From positions 16,156-80,155 of the IMG/VR virus record IMGVR_UViG_3300033816_000828: DNA of 64,000 nt; one strand, 5' to 3'. Below, in pieces: positions 1 to 8,754 of the stretch; positions within the stretch are counted from its first letter, which is position 1, and each line of letters starts with the position of its first letter. The notes beneath the pieces are model-generated. The model saw only the letters and a program-made list of their open reading frames with translations. It searched no databases and had not been told where the DNA came from. A program made the position numbers and the translations under genes. Source of the stretch: a virus.

Positions 1-536
1 ATTTCAAAAAAATTATCATCAATTTGTGTGATTAAATCTATCGTGCCTTTTAAGGCTAAATTTCCTTCTAGTACTCCATCTTCAGTATCATATGAATATT
101 TTGCCCAAGGCTTATCTATGATAAAATCAAAATGTTGTTCTGGACAAATTATATTCCGATTGCGAGGATCAAACATACCATTATTAAATTCTAATGTTTT
201 ATTAACCCACTTTAAGCAATCTTCCTTATCTTTATCTTTCCATTGATGATGACTATTATTTTTTGTGTAATGGTTATATACGATATCAAATATATCTGAT
301 ATACTATAATTATTAATATTAATTATTCCAGCAATATCATCAGTAAAAAGAGTATTTTTATTTTGTTCTGTTTGTTTAATAAATGCTAGTATTTCTAGTA
401 CTTTATGTACTATGGTTCCCTTATCTGCTTTTTGATTTGATGGACCTCTCCACCCAAGCACATACTCTATAAAGTATTGCTGCTCACATAAGCTATGAGT
501 ATTGAATGACGAGCTACGAAAATATGTTATTATAAT
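1..536 (-). CDS. PD-(D/E)XK nuclease (RecB/Cas4-like exonuclease), runs off the window edge; probable non-AUG (ATT) start
   Basis: Manual translation IIITYFRSSSFNTHSLCEQQYFIEYVLGWRGPSNQKADKGTIVHKVLE...LKGTIDLITQIDDNFFEI. No in-frame ATG/GTG/TTG before the upstream stop at 582-584; AAGGG SD-like sequence 8 nt upstream of ATT. Not in the ORF track. Confidence 0.8.
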   Translation of the reverse strand, partial: MIITYFRSSSFNTHSLCEQQYFIEYVLGWRGPSNQKADKGTIVHKVLEILAFIKQTEQNKNTLFTDDIAGIININNYSISDIFDIVYNHYTKNNSHHQWKDKDKEDCLKWVNKTLEFNNGMFDPRNRNIICPEQHFDFIIDKPWAKYSYDTEDGVLEGNLALKGTIDLITQIDDNFFE

Positions 537-1126
537 TGTAATAACCCTTTCTTTTTTAGAAAAGTGAGTATAGCATAATTTTTATCTGATACAGATAAAT
601 TGTGGTTATAGACAACCAAGTCAAAATTTTTATGGTTATAGTTTGTTTGGTCTAATGCTGTTTCACTATCATGGTCAGAGTTGTGTGGATTAAGCATAAG
701 CTTGATAACAATGCCACCAGCCTTTTTAACGGCTTCAACCTCATTAGGAAATCGACAATCTGCAATAATAGCTAATTTAGGATTTTCTGTCTTAATCTTA
801 TTAATAGTGGCTTCGGCCCAGATATTTGGTTTCATTTTTCTAAAAATATCGGTACCGACAAACTGCATCACCTCTCTGGCGGTCATTTGTTTTCCGTCCC
901 ATTGCAAATCTGTGATTTGATTTTTAAAATTATCATCGCCATAACATTGTTCGTGTGATAATCCTAAAATTTTCATACAAATATCATTTTTTAACGGATC
1001 GGCAAAGTTATATATTTTAATTCCTGTACTATTACCAACAACTTTATCATAAAAGTCAAGAATCATTTCTGATGATGATGTTTTACCGGATTGTTTTCTT
1101 CCGGCAAAAGCAATTATCTGTGTCAT
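530..1126 (-). CDS. Deoxynucleoside monophosphate kinase (T4 gp1-like)
   Basis: GRKQSGKT P-loop, FADPLK, REVMQFVGTD, DCRFPNE, HDSETALD. Confidence 0.9.
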   Translation of the reverse strand: MTQIIAFAGRKQSGKTSSSEMILDFYDKVVGNSTGIKIYNFADPLKNDICMKILGLSHEQCYGDDNFKNQITDLQWDGKQMTAREVMQFVGTDIFRKMKPNIWAEATINKIKTENPKLAIIADCRFPNEVEAVKKAGGIVIKLMLNPHNSDHDSETALDQTNYNHKNFDLVVYNHNLSVSDKNYAILTFLKKKGLLQL

Positions 1127-2247
1127 AAAAATACCTTTATTTCTTTTTCTATTTCTGTGGATGTCATTTCGGCTATATCATTTTTTGATATGGTAATATT
1201 TTTAATATTGTATGTTTTATGGCATTTATCATGAATTAATTTAGCTGCTTTAATACCAGCATCATCATTATCCATAATAGTAATTATAGTCATTGCGCCA
1301 CTCATATCCAAAATAGTTTTCTGTCTATCTGTTAGATTTGAGCCGAATAATGCCACACTGTTATGGATATTATTTTCTTCAAGTTTCCATACATTACCAG
1401 GACTTTCTACCAGTATAACAGTGCTTGAATTCATTATATATTTTTTAGCATACCAGTAATTGTATAAATGGTCTTGAGTTTTAAAGCCAAAATTATGTCT
1501 CCATTTACTGTGTTTCCAACTGTTTTCTTCATCTGGACATTCACCATCATGATAAGATTTACATTGGGTGCATTTTTCAAAAATACTACGTCCTGTACAC
1601 CCTACCATAAATTTATGATCAATATCGTATACAGGTACCACAGCCCTGTTAAACATTTCTTTATTGGCATTCAAACAATCGCCAACATCATATTTATCTA
1701 GTATGTTTTTAGCAAAATTTCTTGATAAGAAATATTCACTAGGAACACGTAAATGATTCCTAATATCTTGTCGTAGAATACCCTGTTTATTATTAATGGT
1801 AGTTTTTTGAAGAAGTTTAACATTGTTTACAAAAGTATTCTTGTCTTTTGTATTTTTATTGATTTTAATATCATCAAGAGATACATTTAGAAAATTTGTA
1901 GCATAATCCAGAGCCTCTTTAAACGAACAGCCCTCGTCGCCATCTTTAGACCAATTATGATTTCTGTTAGATAATATTCCACGAATAAAACCAATAATCG
2001 ATCCCTTAAACGTTTCCTCACAGTGATGTGTGCGACACTTCCAATTGCCCCTATAAAAATCTCCTACATGATACAAATTTAATGCGCTATTATTGTCACC
2101 GCCATGTATGGGACAACTCATGGAGATAAATTTACCATTAGTCTTAAATTCGAGATTAAAATGTTCTAATAAATCTTCTATACGATCACATAATTTATCG
2201 CAAATAATTTTAATTTTATTTTGATCAAATGAAGTCGATTTTTTCAT
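1123..2247 (-). CDS. DNA primase (Zn-binding domain + TOPRIM); start more likely 2247 than 2298
   Basis: CPIHGGDN...WKCRTHHC zinc finger, VILVESPGNVW, MDNDDAG TOPRIM acidic motif. Confidence 0.88.
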   Translation of the reverse strand: MKKSTSFDQNKIKIICDKLCDRIEDLLEHFNLEFKTNGKFISMSCPIHGGDNNSALNLYHVGDFYRGNWKCRTHHCEETFKGSIIGFIRGILSNRNHNWSKDGDEGCSFKEALDYATNFLNVSLDDIKINKNTKDKNTFVNNVKLLQKTTINNKQGILRQDIRNHLRVPSEYFLSRNFAKNILDKYDVGDCLNANKEMFNRAVVPVYDIDHKFMVGCTGRSIFEKCTQCKSYHDGECPDEENSWKHSKWRHNFGFKTQDHLYNYWYAKKYIMNSSTVILVESPGNVWKLEENNIHNSVALFGSNLTDRQKTILDMSGAMTIITIMDNDDAGIKAAKLIHDKCHKTYNIKNITISKNDIAEMTSTEIEKEIKVFL

Positions 2248-3691
2248 TTTCTGTTTGTTGTGAGCCAAATTGCTTATCATTAGTAACAAATCCTCCATTA
2301 TTATTCATAATTTCTATTCTTGTTTTACCTTCTATAATTTTTGCACACCAACCCTTCATATGACAATTAATATAGTCATTATCCTCTATTCCTGGTCCGT
2401 GTCTACTAATTACAGGAATCAGTTTTCTGTTTCCAGAATCAGAACCATCATCCGCTATTTCTTCATCGGATTTACGTTTAAAAATGGTAAAATTGCTACA
2501 CAACCATATAATTCTGTCTGATCCTGATGCTGTGTCGGTTGTTTCTTTTGTAATACCATCCCTATTTAATTGAACAAATGCGACAATTGGTAATTGATAT
2601 TTACACGCAAAATTATGTAAACTCGTCATCATAAAACCCAAAACTTGATATTCTTTCATATCTTGACCAATGCCCTGACTATCCATAAGTTTCAAATAGT
2701 CATAAAAAATCACACAAGGTTTAGCAGATCCATCAGTATTTAAGCCGACCTCCTTAACTATCCATCTTTTCATAATAGATAATTGTTCATCAAACGGCTT
2801 ACCCGCTATCGGTTTATAAAACAAAGGAGTCTCTTTTAATTCTTCAACAGCTTTGTTTACTTTATCTATCATTACAGTAGAATCTGTAAATTTACCAGTT
2901 TCTATTTTTGATATTTCTATTTCTGTAATCATGGCTATTAGCCTGTTTAGATGATCTTCTTTTGTCATTTCTGTATCAAGATTTAAAACTGGAATTTTTA
3001 ACTTATTAGCAATATAAAATCCCATATTATCAGCTAATAGCGTTTTGCCTGTTTTTGGTCTAGCTGCTATGACATTGATTGTGCTTTTTCTTAATCCTCC
3101 ACCTATAGCAGAATCATATACTGGGAATCCAGTTGAAATACCAACTTGTTTAATCGGATTATTAATTAGATTGTCTATATAGGCTTCTAAATCTGTGGCG
3201 ACGTGTGCTGGACCATTATCGCTGTCTGTTAATTTAGAAGAAAAATTGAAAATACCATCCTCTGCAATGCTTAAGATTTGAGTGATACTTTCTTGTCCGG
3301 ATACTTCTAAGATTTTATCTTTGGTTTCTTCTAATTCATTATAAAGCTTTCTGGCTATCTCTAGTTTTTTAATTTTTGCGGCGAAAGTTGTTGCATTGGC
3401 TTTATTGGCTGGAAAATCTAATATAGCCTTCAAGTGTTGAACTTCTTCTTTTCTTTGAAGAATATGATCAACGCCAATATCTTTAGCTGCTGAGTATAAA
3501 ATACCAATATCTATAATAGTATTGGCATTTTGTTCTAGTATATGCTTTAGGCACTGAAATATAATTTTATTACTATCTATAGTAAATGTGGTTTCAGAAA
3601 TTAGATCAGAAATTTCTAAAAATACAGATTCTCCATATTGACATATGGTAGATAGTAAGGCTCTTTCAGCGGAAGGGTCTGATAGTATCAT
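2225..3691 (-). CDS. dnaB: DnaB-like replicative helicase; start more likely 3691
   Basis: ISTGFPVYD, AARPKTGKT Walker A, DTEM, FYDYLKLM, VQLNR. Confidence 0.92.
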   Translation of the reverse strand: MILSDPSAERALLSTICQYGESVFLEISDLISETTFTIDSNKIIFQCLKHILEQNANTIIDIGILYSAAKDIGVDHILQRKEEVQHLKAILDFPANKANATTFAAKIKKLEIARKLYNELEETKDKILEVSGQESITQILSIAEDGIFNFSSKLTDSDNGPAHVATDLEAYIDNLINNPIKQVGISTGFPVYDSAIGGGLRKSTINVIAARPKTGKTLLADNMGFYIANKLKIPVLNLDTEMTKEDHLNRLIAMITEIEISKIETGKFTDSTVMIDKVNKAVEELKETPLFYKPIAGKPFDEQLSIMKRWIVKEVGLNTDGSAKPCVIFYDYLKLMDSQGIGQDMKEYQVLGFMMTSLHNFACKYQLPIVAFVQLNRDGITKETTDTASGSDRIIWLCSNFTIFKRKSDEEIADDGSDSGNRKLIPVISRHGPGIEDNDYINCHMKGWCAKIIEGKTRIEIMNNNGGFVTNDKQFGSQQTENEKIDFI

Positions 3692-3698
3692 TATGGTC

Positions 3699-4067
3699 TC
3701 AACCTGGAGATGAGGAACACCTATTACATTTATATCTGTCTGGCGACTCATACAAAACAGCAGGATTTATAGACTCAGATCTTCCACAAACCCTGCACTT
3801 GACATCTATTGTTTTAAATTGTCTATTGCGTGGTGTTGGAGGATTTTTTTGTAGCATCTTATCTATTGCTACGTCTTCCTTATGTAAATTATGAAAACCC
3901 AGAGAAATGAACTTATTTTCTGTCTTTGGTTCATTTCGTTTAATGGGTTTGATCTGATGTTCTAAATCTGATTGTGTTGGTGTCGTAGGGCTAGTCTTAT
4001 TTTCAGAAGACAATCCTTTTTGTAATATAGCGATTAATTGTTTAATATCATCATTATCAAGAGGCAT
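3699..4067 (-). CDS. Hypothetical protein with C-terminal Zn ribbon
   Basis: CRVCG...CNRC; abuts its neighbours. Confidence 0.7.
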   Translation of the reverse strand: MPLDNDDIKQLIAILQKGLSSENKTSPTTPTQSDLEHQIKPIKRNEPKTENKFISLGFHNLHKEDVAIDKMLQKNPPTPRNRQFKTIDVKCRVCGRSESINPAVLYESPDRYKCNRCSSSPG

Positions 4068-4563
4068 GTTTCACCTTTATTTTTTGTACTGAAAGTATAA
4101 CATCAGATAAGTTTTTAATACCATTAGCCAGATATGATAATCTGTCCATTCTCTGTTTTGCGTATTTTTGTATTTTATGCAATGACTGTGCCTTGTCATT
4201 ATGTTTAATTGCTTGGTAAGATTTTTCTAAATACCCATAACCTTTATAATTATTAATCTCGTCCGCAATCGTCTCCTTCACCGTTTCTTCTGCCCAATTA
4301 TATCTAGCGATTTCTCTATTTAATGTTCTTTGTAAGTAAAAAGAGTATTGTGCTAGTCTATAAGATATTTGAGCACAATCTTCAGGAGTTAATTTTTCAA
4401 TTTGATCCCTACTCATTGTGAAATATATATTGAGTTCTTGATCATTAAATCCGTGTGTGTTTTGATATTGACCAAGACCTATTGATGACTCATATTCATC
4501 TAATACTTTATCCCATTGTTCGACTTGTTCTTTAGTTGTTTGCAACGATATGCTCCCATTCAT
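4057..4563 (-). CDS. Helical/coiled-coil protein, possibly a UvsY-like recombination mediator
   Basis: Helical character and position two genes from recA; function is inference. Confidence 0.45.
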   Translation of the reverse strand: MNGSISLQTTKEQVEQWDKVLDEYESSIGLGQYQNTHGFNDQELNIYFTMSRDQIEKLTPEDCAQISYRLAQYSFYLQRTLNREIARYNWAEETVKETIADEINNYKGYGYLEKSYQAIKHNDKAQSLHKIQKYAKQRMDRLSYLANGIKNLSDVILSVQKIKVKHAS

Positions 4564-4933
4564 TAATAGTATTATAAGCTAGTTCTATATATGATATACC
4601 ATTAACACGACACCATTCGCATTTATCTTTATCTCTCTTTTGTGCTTTTAAGAAAGACAATTTATTATTATGATAAAAGGATGAAAATGCGTAATGCTGT
4701 TCACCATGCACTTCTATGCATTTACGATTTAGTGGTAAATAAAAATCTAAATATAAAACTTCTGATTTTCTGACATGTACTGGAACTTCCTCTAAAATTT
4801 GCATTGTGGGATATATTTTTTTAAGTACTTCTCTGGCTTTAATATGATAACTAGACTTATGCTGATAAGATTTACTCATATTACCAGTTAATTGCCAAAT
4901 AGAACTATTACCGTCCAAATCAATCACATTCAT
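4532..4933 (-). CDS. Vsr/DUF559-like PD-(D/E)XK endonuclease
   Basis: LYLDFYLP...IEVHGEQHY...RDKDKCEWC. Confidence 0.75.
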   Translation of the reverse strand: MNVIDLDGNSSIWQLTGNMSKSYQHKSSYHIKAREVLKKIYPTMQILEEVPVHVRKSEVLYLDFYLPLNRKCIEVHGEQHYAFSSFYHNNKLSFLKAQKRDKDKCEWCRVNGISYIELAYNTINEWEHIVANN

Positions 4934-5943
4934 TATATACCCATAGTCTTTTTGACTTCCTGATAAAGATTTTCATAAATATCTTTATTTTCAATTAGAA
5001 AGTTTCTGACCTTTTCTGTTCCTTGAAATTTGTTCTTATCGTCATTCATAAACGATAGTGTGTACCAAGCTCCACCCTTATTAATTAGTCCTATATCCAC
5101 AGCAAGATTGATAAGCTCCATTTCTTTATCAATACCTTTACCATATCTAATAAAAGATGTGATATTACCACCGGGAGGACCTAATGCTGAACACATAGTT
5201 TGCCATTCAACTTCTTGACCTATTTGAGTATTGTCTGTACCTAATAACCAAGGTTTAAAACTTTTGGCCCTAAGCTTAATATCTGTTTGATAAGCTATTG
5301 CCTGCCCACTCTTTTCTTTAAATTCTGCACCATATCCAGTTGGATTACCCATAAGATGGGTTATGCCAATAACAATATTTTTATTAACAGGAATCACATT
5401 GGCAACTTTTCTACAAAATTTTGCTAATAGTTTTGCCCCATCTGCTCTTTGCATCTTATCCATATCACTGGTAATTTCTGCCTCAGTACACAAAGCTGAA
5501 TAAGAGTCTATTATTAGTACAGATCCAGGATCTTCATTAATAATTCTTTCGCCAATTTGTAGATATTCTTCTGCGTGTAAAATTTTACCTGTTTGAGACC
5601 CTATAACATCAAATTTATCTAAATTTAGATTCGGTATGCCCTCAATATCTCTTTTTTTCAATCTTCCTTCAATATTCAAGTAATATACATTTCTAGGCTC
5701 TGAACCAATTGCATATTCTTCTCTTTGTGAGGTAGCGGCGAAGTCTAAACTCGTTGTTGTTTTTCCGCACTTCGGTTGACCTGTTAATACAACAAAACTA
5801 CCTTCTGGAATACCTCCATTTAATATTAAGTCTAGTGCTGGACTTACTGGTATAACTATATTTTTTTTATCAATAATGCTATTAGCTGATAAAATTATAT
5901 CATTACCAAAATCTTTTTTTATACTATCTTGAATTGCTACCAT
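4933..5943 (-). CDS. recA: RecA/UvsX recombinase
   Basis: SPALDLILNGGIPEG, GQPKCGKTT, IIDSYSAL, GAWY. Confidence 0.93.
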   Translation of the reverse strand: MVAIQDSIKKDFGNDIILSANSIIDKKNIVIPVSPALDLILNGGIPEGSFVVLTGQPKCGKTTTSLDFAATSQREEYAIGSEPRNVYYLNIEGRLKKRDIEGIPNLNLDKFDVIGSQTGKILHAEEYLQIGERIINEDPGSVLIIDSYSALCTEAEITSDMDKMQRADGAKLLAKFCRKVANVIPVNKNIVIGITHLMGNPTGYGAEFKEKSGQAIAYQTDIKLRAKSFKPWLLGTDNTQIGQEVEWQTMCSALGPPGGNITSFIRYGKGIDKEMELINLAVDIGLINKGGAWYTLSFMNDDKNKFQGTEKVRNFLIENKDIYENLYQEVKKTMGI

Positions 5944-6358
5944 TGTCTATGTCCTTTAATTTGTCTAGAATATTTTTTTTATGGCCGGAGTTTTGCTTAC
6001 CTTCTTGAAGAAAGTTTCTATCAACAGGTGGTTTGTGCGTATGATCTTTTTGCGAAAGCTCTTTCTTCGCTTGCCTATCTACTATATCGATCAGGTGAGG
6101 CGCTCGCAATGAATAAATTTTTACGCCATCACTAGTGGATAATGCGCTAATTATAGTTTTTGGATTATATTTTTTTAATAACTTATGCGCAGTAGCAATT
6201 TGTCCTTTATATTCTTTTTCCCATTCTGATGAAACCCAAAATCTATAATGTAAATCCTTTTTATTTTTTTTTGCTATTCTTTCACATATAATCTCAGTAA
6301 TGAATTGGGCAGCAGTGACAGTTTTACCATTAGAATACTTAGATGGATACTTGTTCAT
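5924..6358 (-). CDS. Hypothetical phage protein
   Basis: Translationally coupled ORF. Confidence 0.7.
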   Translation of the reverse strand: MNKYPSKYSNGKTVTAAQFITEIICERIAKKNKKDLHYRFWVSSEWEKEYKGQIATAHKLLKKYNPKTIISALSTSDGVKIYSLRAPHLIDIVDRQAKKELSQKDHTHKPPVDRNFLQEGKQNSGHKKNILDKLKDIDNGSNSR

Positions 6359-6684
6359 TTATTTGGCTTAAAAATATGATCCTGTGATCTTCCTTGATGA
6401 TTAAATTTCTTTTTTGCATTATCATTGAATGCTGACGCTTCTCTAGTCATAATAGAGACATTATTGGTTTGTTTGTCTCTGGTGTGTCTTATCATTAATT
6501 CTTTAGATGATTTTACAGGTTCACTTTTGGTTGCAAGTGTATTTGTATTTTGCACATGATGTTTTTCTATATGCTCTTTTACGGTATCAATTTGTAAATT
6601 TAATTCTTCTGCTATTTCGTCGATTGATTTATTATTACTATATAGCCAATTAATAGCATATGTCGTTGATTTAGATAATTTCAT
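6355..6684 (-). CDS. Hypothetical protein with N-terminal HTH
   Basis: KSIDEIAEELNLQIDTVKEHI. Confidence 0.6.
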   Translation of the reverse strand: MKLSKSTTYAINWLYSNNKSIDEIAEELNLQIDTVKEHIEKHHVQNTNTLATKSEPVKSSKELMIRHTRDKQTNNVSIMTREASAFNDNAKKKFNHQGRSQDHIFKPNK

Positions 6685-7059
6685 TTAATTTAACTCCCTT
6701 TCGGCATTGGTTAGCCAAGCCCTATTTTTTGTTCTTAAAAACGTCAAATACATCTCAAATACTTTGGCATTGACTTGTTTAAAGTCCCAAGCCTTTTTGC
6801 CAGTTTTTGCTAAAAATTTAGCACCTGTTCCTTCTGAGTATAGTCCGATTGGATCATAGATCTTACCGTATAATCCGGTTTTGATAAAAAATTTGGTAGA
6901 TTGATCACCTATAATTTTTTTTGCACACACGTTTGGTTTTTCACTATTGAGTCTAGGATTTTTATCTTCGTCTATATATTCGTGTTGTCCAATCATAGTA
7001 AAATATTCTATGGTATTATTTGTATTATCTTTTGGCCTTACAAAAAAATCTTGATTCAT
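6685..7059 (-). CDS. Hypothetical phage protein
   Basis: Coupled ORF. Confidence 0.7.
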   Translation of the reverse strand: MNQDFFVRPKDNTNNTIEYFTMIGQHEYIDEDKNPRLNSEKPNVCAKKIIGDQSTKFFIKTGLYGKIYDPIGLYSEGTGAKFLAKTGKKAWDFKQVNAKVFEMYLTFLRTKNRAWLTNAERELN

Positions 7060-7439
7060 TTTTTAATATTCCTTCTTTTTTTATTTCCAGATGTTCCTGG
7101 CCATTTTATTTTTGGTTGTTTTTTTACCCTAGACATTCCAGAAGGTAAAGGTTTTTTATATTGATCATCTTTATAGGCATTGTGTTTACTGTATAAGGCT
7201 TGTTTTTCATCATCGCTCATTCTTTCTGAGTTTCTCAATGCTAGGTCACCAATTGTTTTTAGTTCTGTATCAGATTTTTTTACAGAAGTATTTAATGTGA
7301 TAGCATCTTTGGTTATGTTTCGCTCTGTTGAACCAGATTGACATACTACACATGATGGATTTGAAATATAATCTTTAATATAGAAAAATAGCTCAAATTC
7401 AGAATGGCATTTATTACAAAAATAAGAATATGTTGGCAT
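7056..7439 (-). CDS. FmdB-family zinc-ribbon protein
   Basis: MPTYSYFCNKCHSEFE...CVVCQS. Confidence 0.85.
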   Translation of the reverse strand: MPTYSYFCNKCHSEFELFFYIKDYISNPSCVVCQSGSTERNITKDAITLNTSVKKSDTELKTIGDLALRNSERMSDDEKQALYSKHNAYKDDQYKKPLPSGMSRVKKQPKIKWPGTSGNKKRRNIKK

Positions 7440-8026
7440 TAATAGTTAGATAATTGAGGCAAGTAGTTGACCCATTCTTCTGGCATATCGTCTTTTATTT
7501 TATTCAAAAGCTCACACACAGGCAAGTATTTCAAATGTTTATTGGGTTTTATTGGGATATTGCACAATGGCATATTGGCCTCTTTGGGTGTTCTATTTCT
7601 TTTTTTTCTATTACATTCTATACAGGCTGTTACTATATTTGTCCAACATGTTGCTGATCTATTATCATCATTCCATTTAGATTTCGGTATTACATGATCA
7701 TATGTTAAAGTATTTATATCATATTTTTTATTACAATACTGACATGTATAATTATCTCTTATATAAATATTTTTTCTAGAAAATGTCACCAGTTGGTGAT
7801 TGATCTTAAAAAATCTTTGAGTCTTGGCTATTGCCGGTATAGGGTATTTTTTATCGACCCCATTAATATAATCATTTTTGTAAAAGTCTAATATTTCTAT
7901 GCCATACTTTGGATTATGTTCAAATCTCATAGACCATATCATAGCTCTTTGCCATGATATAATATTTAGAGGACTATAATCAGCATTTAATAATAAACAT
8001 TCTTTATGCTTGTGTTCCATTTTCAA
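7439..8026 (-). CDS. HNH endonuclease (McrA-like)
   Basis: RDNYTCQYC...TYDHVIPKS...WTNIVTACIECNRKK. Confidence 0.9.
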   Translation of the reverse strand: MKMEHKHKECLLLNADYSPLNIISWQRAMIWSMRFEHNPKYGIEILDFYKNDYINGVDKKYPIPAIAKTQRFFKINHQLVTFSRKNIYIRDNYTCQYCNKKYDINTLTYDHVIPKSKWNDDNRSATCWTNIVTACIECNRKKRNRTPKEANMPLCNIPIKPNKHLKYLPVCELLNKIKDDMPEEWVNYLPQLSNY

Positions 8027-8732
8027 AAGTGTCTAATCTTGATAAGATCTTGGCTATAATAGGATTTCTGACAATATCTGAAGATTCTAGTTTACAATTT
8101 CCAATACCTTCAATTCCGTCCAAAGCGTTGATCATATTAATAAAACCTCCTTGTAGATGTCGGCTCAAGTCGGACTGACCTATATCTCCAGTAAGAATAA
8201 GTTTACTGTCATGACCTACTCTTGTCAATAACATTTTTAATTGCTCATATGATGCATTTTGGCATTCGTCAGCAACTATAAAACAATTATGAAAATTACG
8301 ACCTCTCATAAGCCCTAATGGGACAACTTCGATTTTATTATTTAGTTTTAGAGACGCATATTGTGCCATACTGATAAAATGATTAATTTCATCAATAATC
8401 GGCAATAAATAAGGATGTAATTTTTCTTCTGCTGTTCCTGGTAAATATCCAATTTTTTCCCCAGCTTCTATAACTGGTCTTGTAATAACAATTCTATTAA
8501 CTTTCTGGTCCAATAAATATTCTAACGCCATACCAATTGCTATATGAGTTTTACCTGATCCGGCCAAACCTTGACAAAAAGTTATGGTATTTTCAGCAAC
8601 AGTTCTTATATACTCTTTTTGATTATCGCTTCTTGGTTTTAATTTATTTCTAAATATATTACCAATTTGGGTATGATTATCAATATTATTAGTTAAATCA
8701 ACAGCTTTTTTCTTTTTGTTATTTTTTCTCAA
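8004..8732 (-). CDS. phoH: PhoH-family ATPase
   Basis: GLAGSGKT, GYLPG, MRGRNF, DECQN, TGDIGQSD. Confidence 0.95.
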   Translation of the reverse strand: MRKNNKKKKAVDLTNNIDNHTQIGNIFRNKLKPRSDNQKEYIRTVAENTITFCQGLAGSGKTHIAIGMALEYLLDQKVNRIVITRPVIEAGEKIGYLPGTAEEKLHPYLLPIIDEINHFISMAQYASLKLNNKIEVVPLGLMRGRNFHNCFIVADECQNASYEQLKMLLTRVGHDSKLILTGDIGQSDLSRHLQGGFINMINALDGIEGIGNCKLESSDIVRNPIIAKILSRLDTFENGTQA

Positions 8733-8754
8733 TGGTTACCCTTTATGAATAAAG

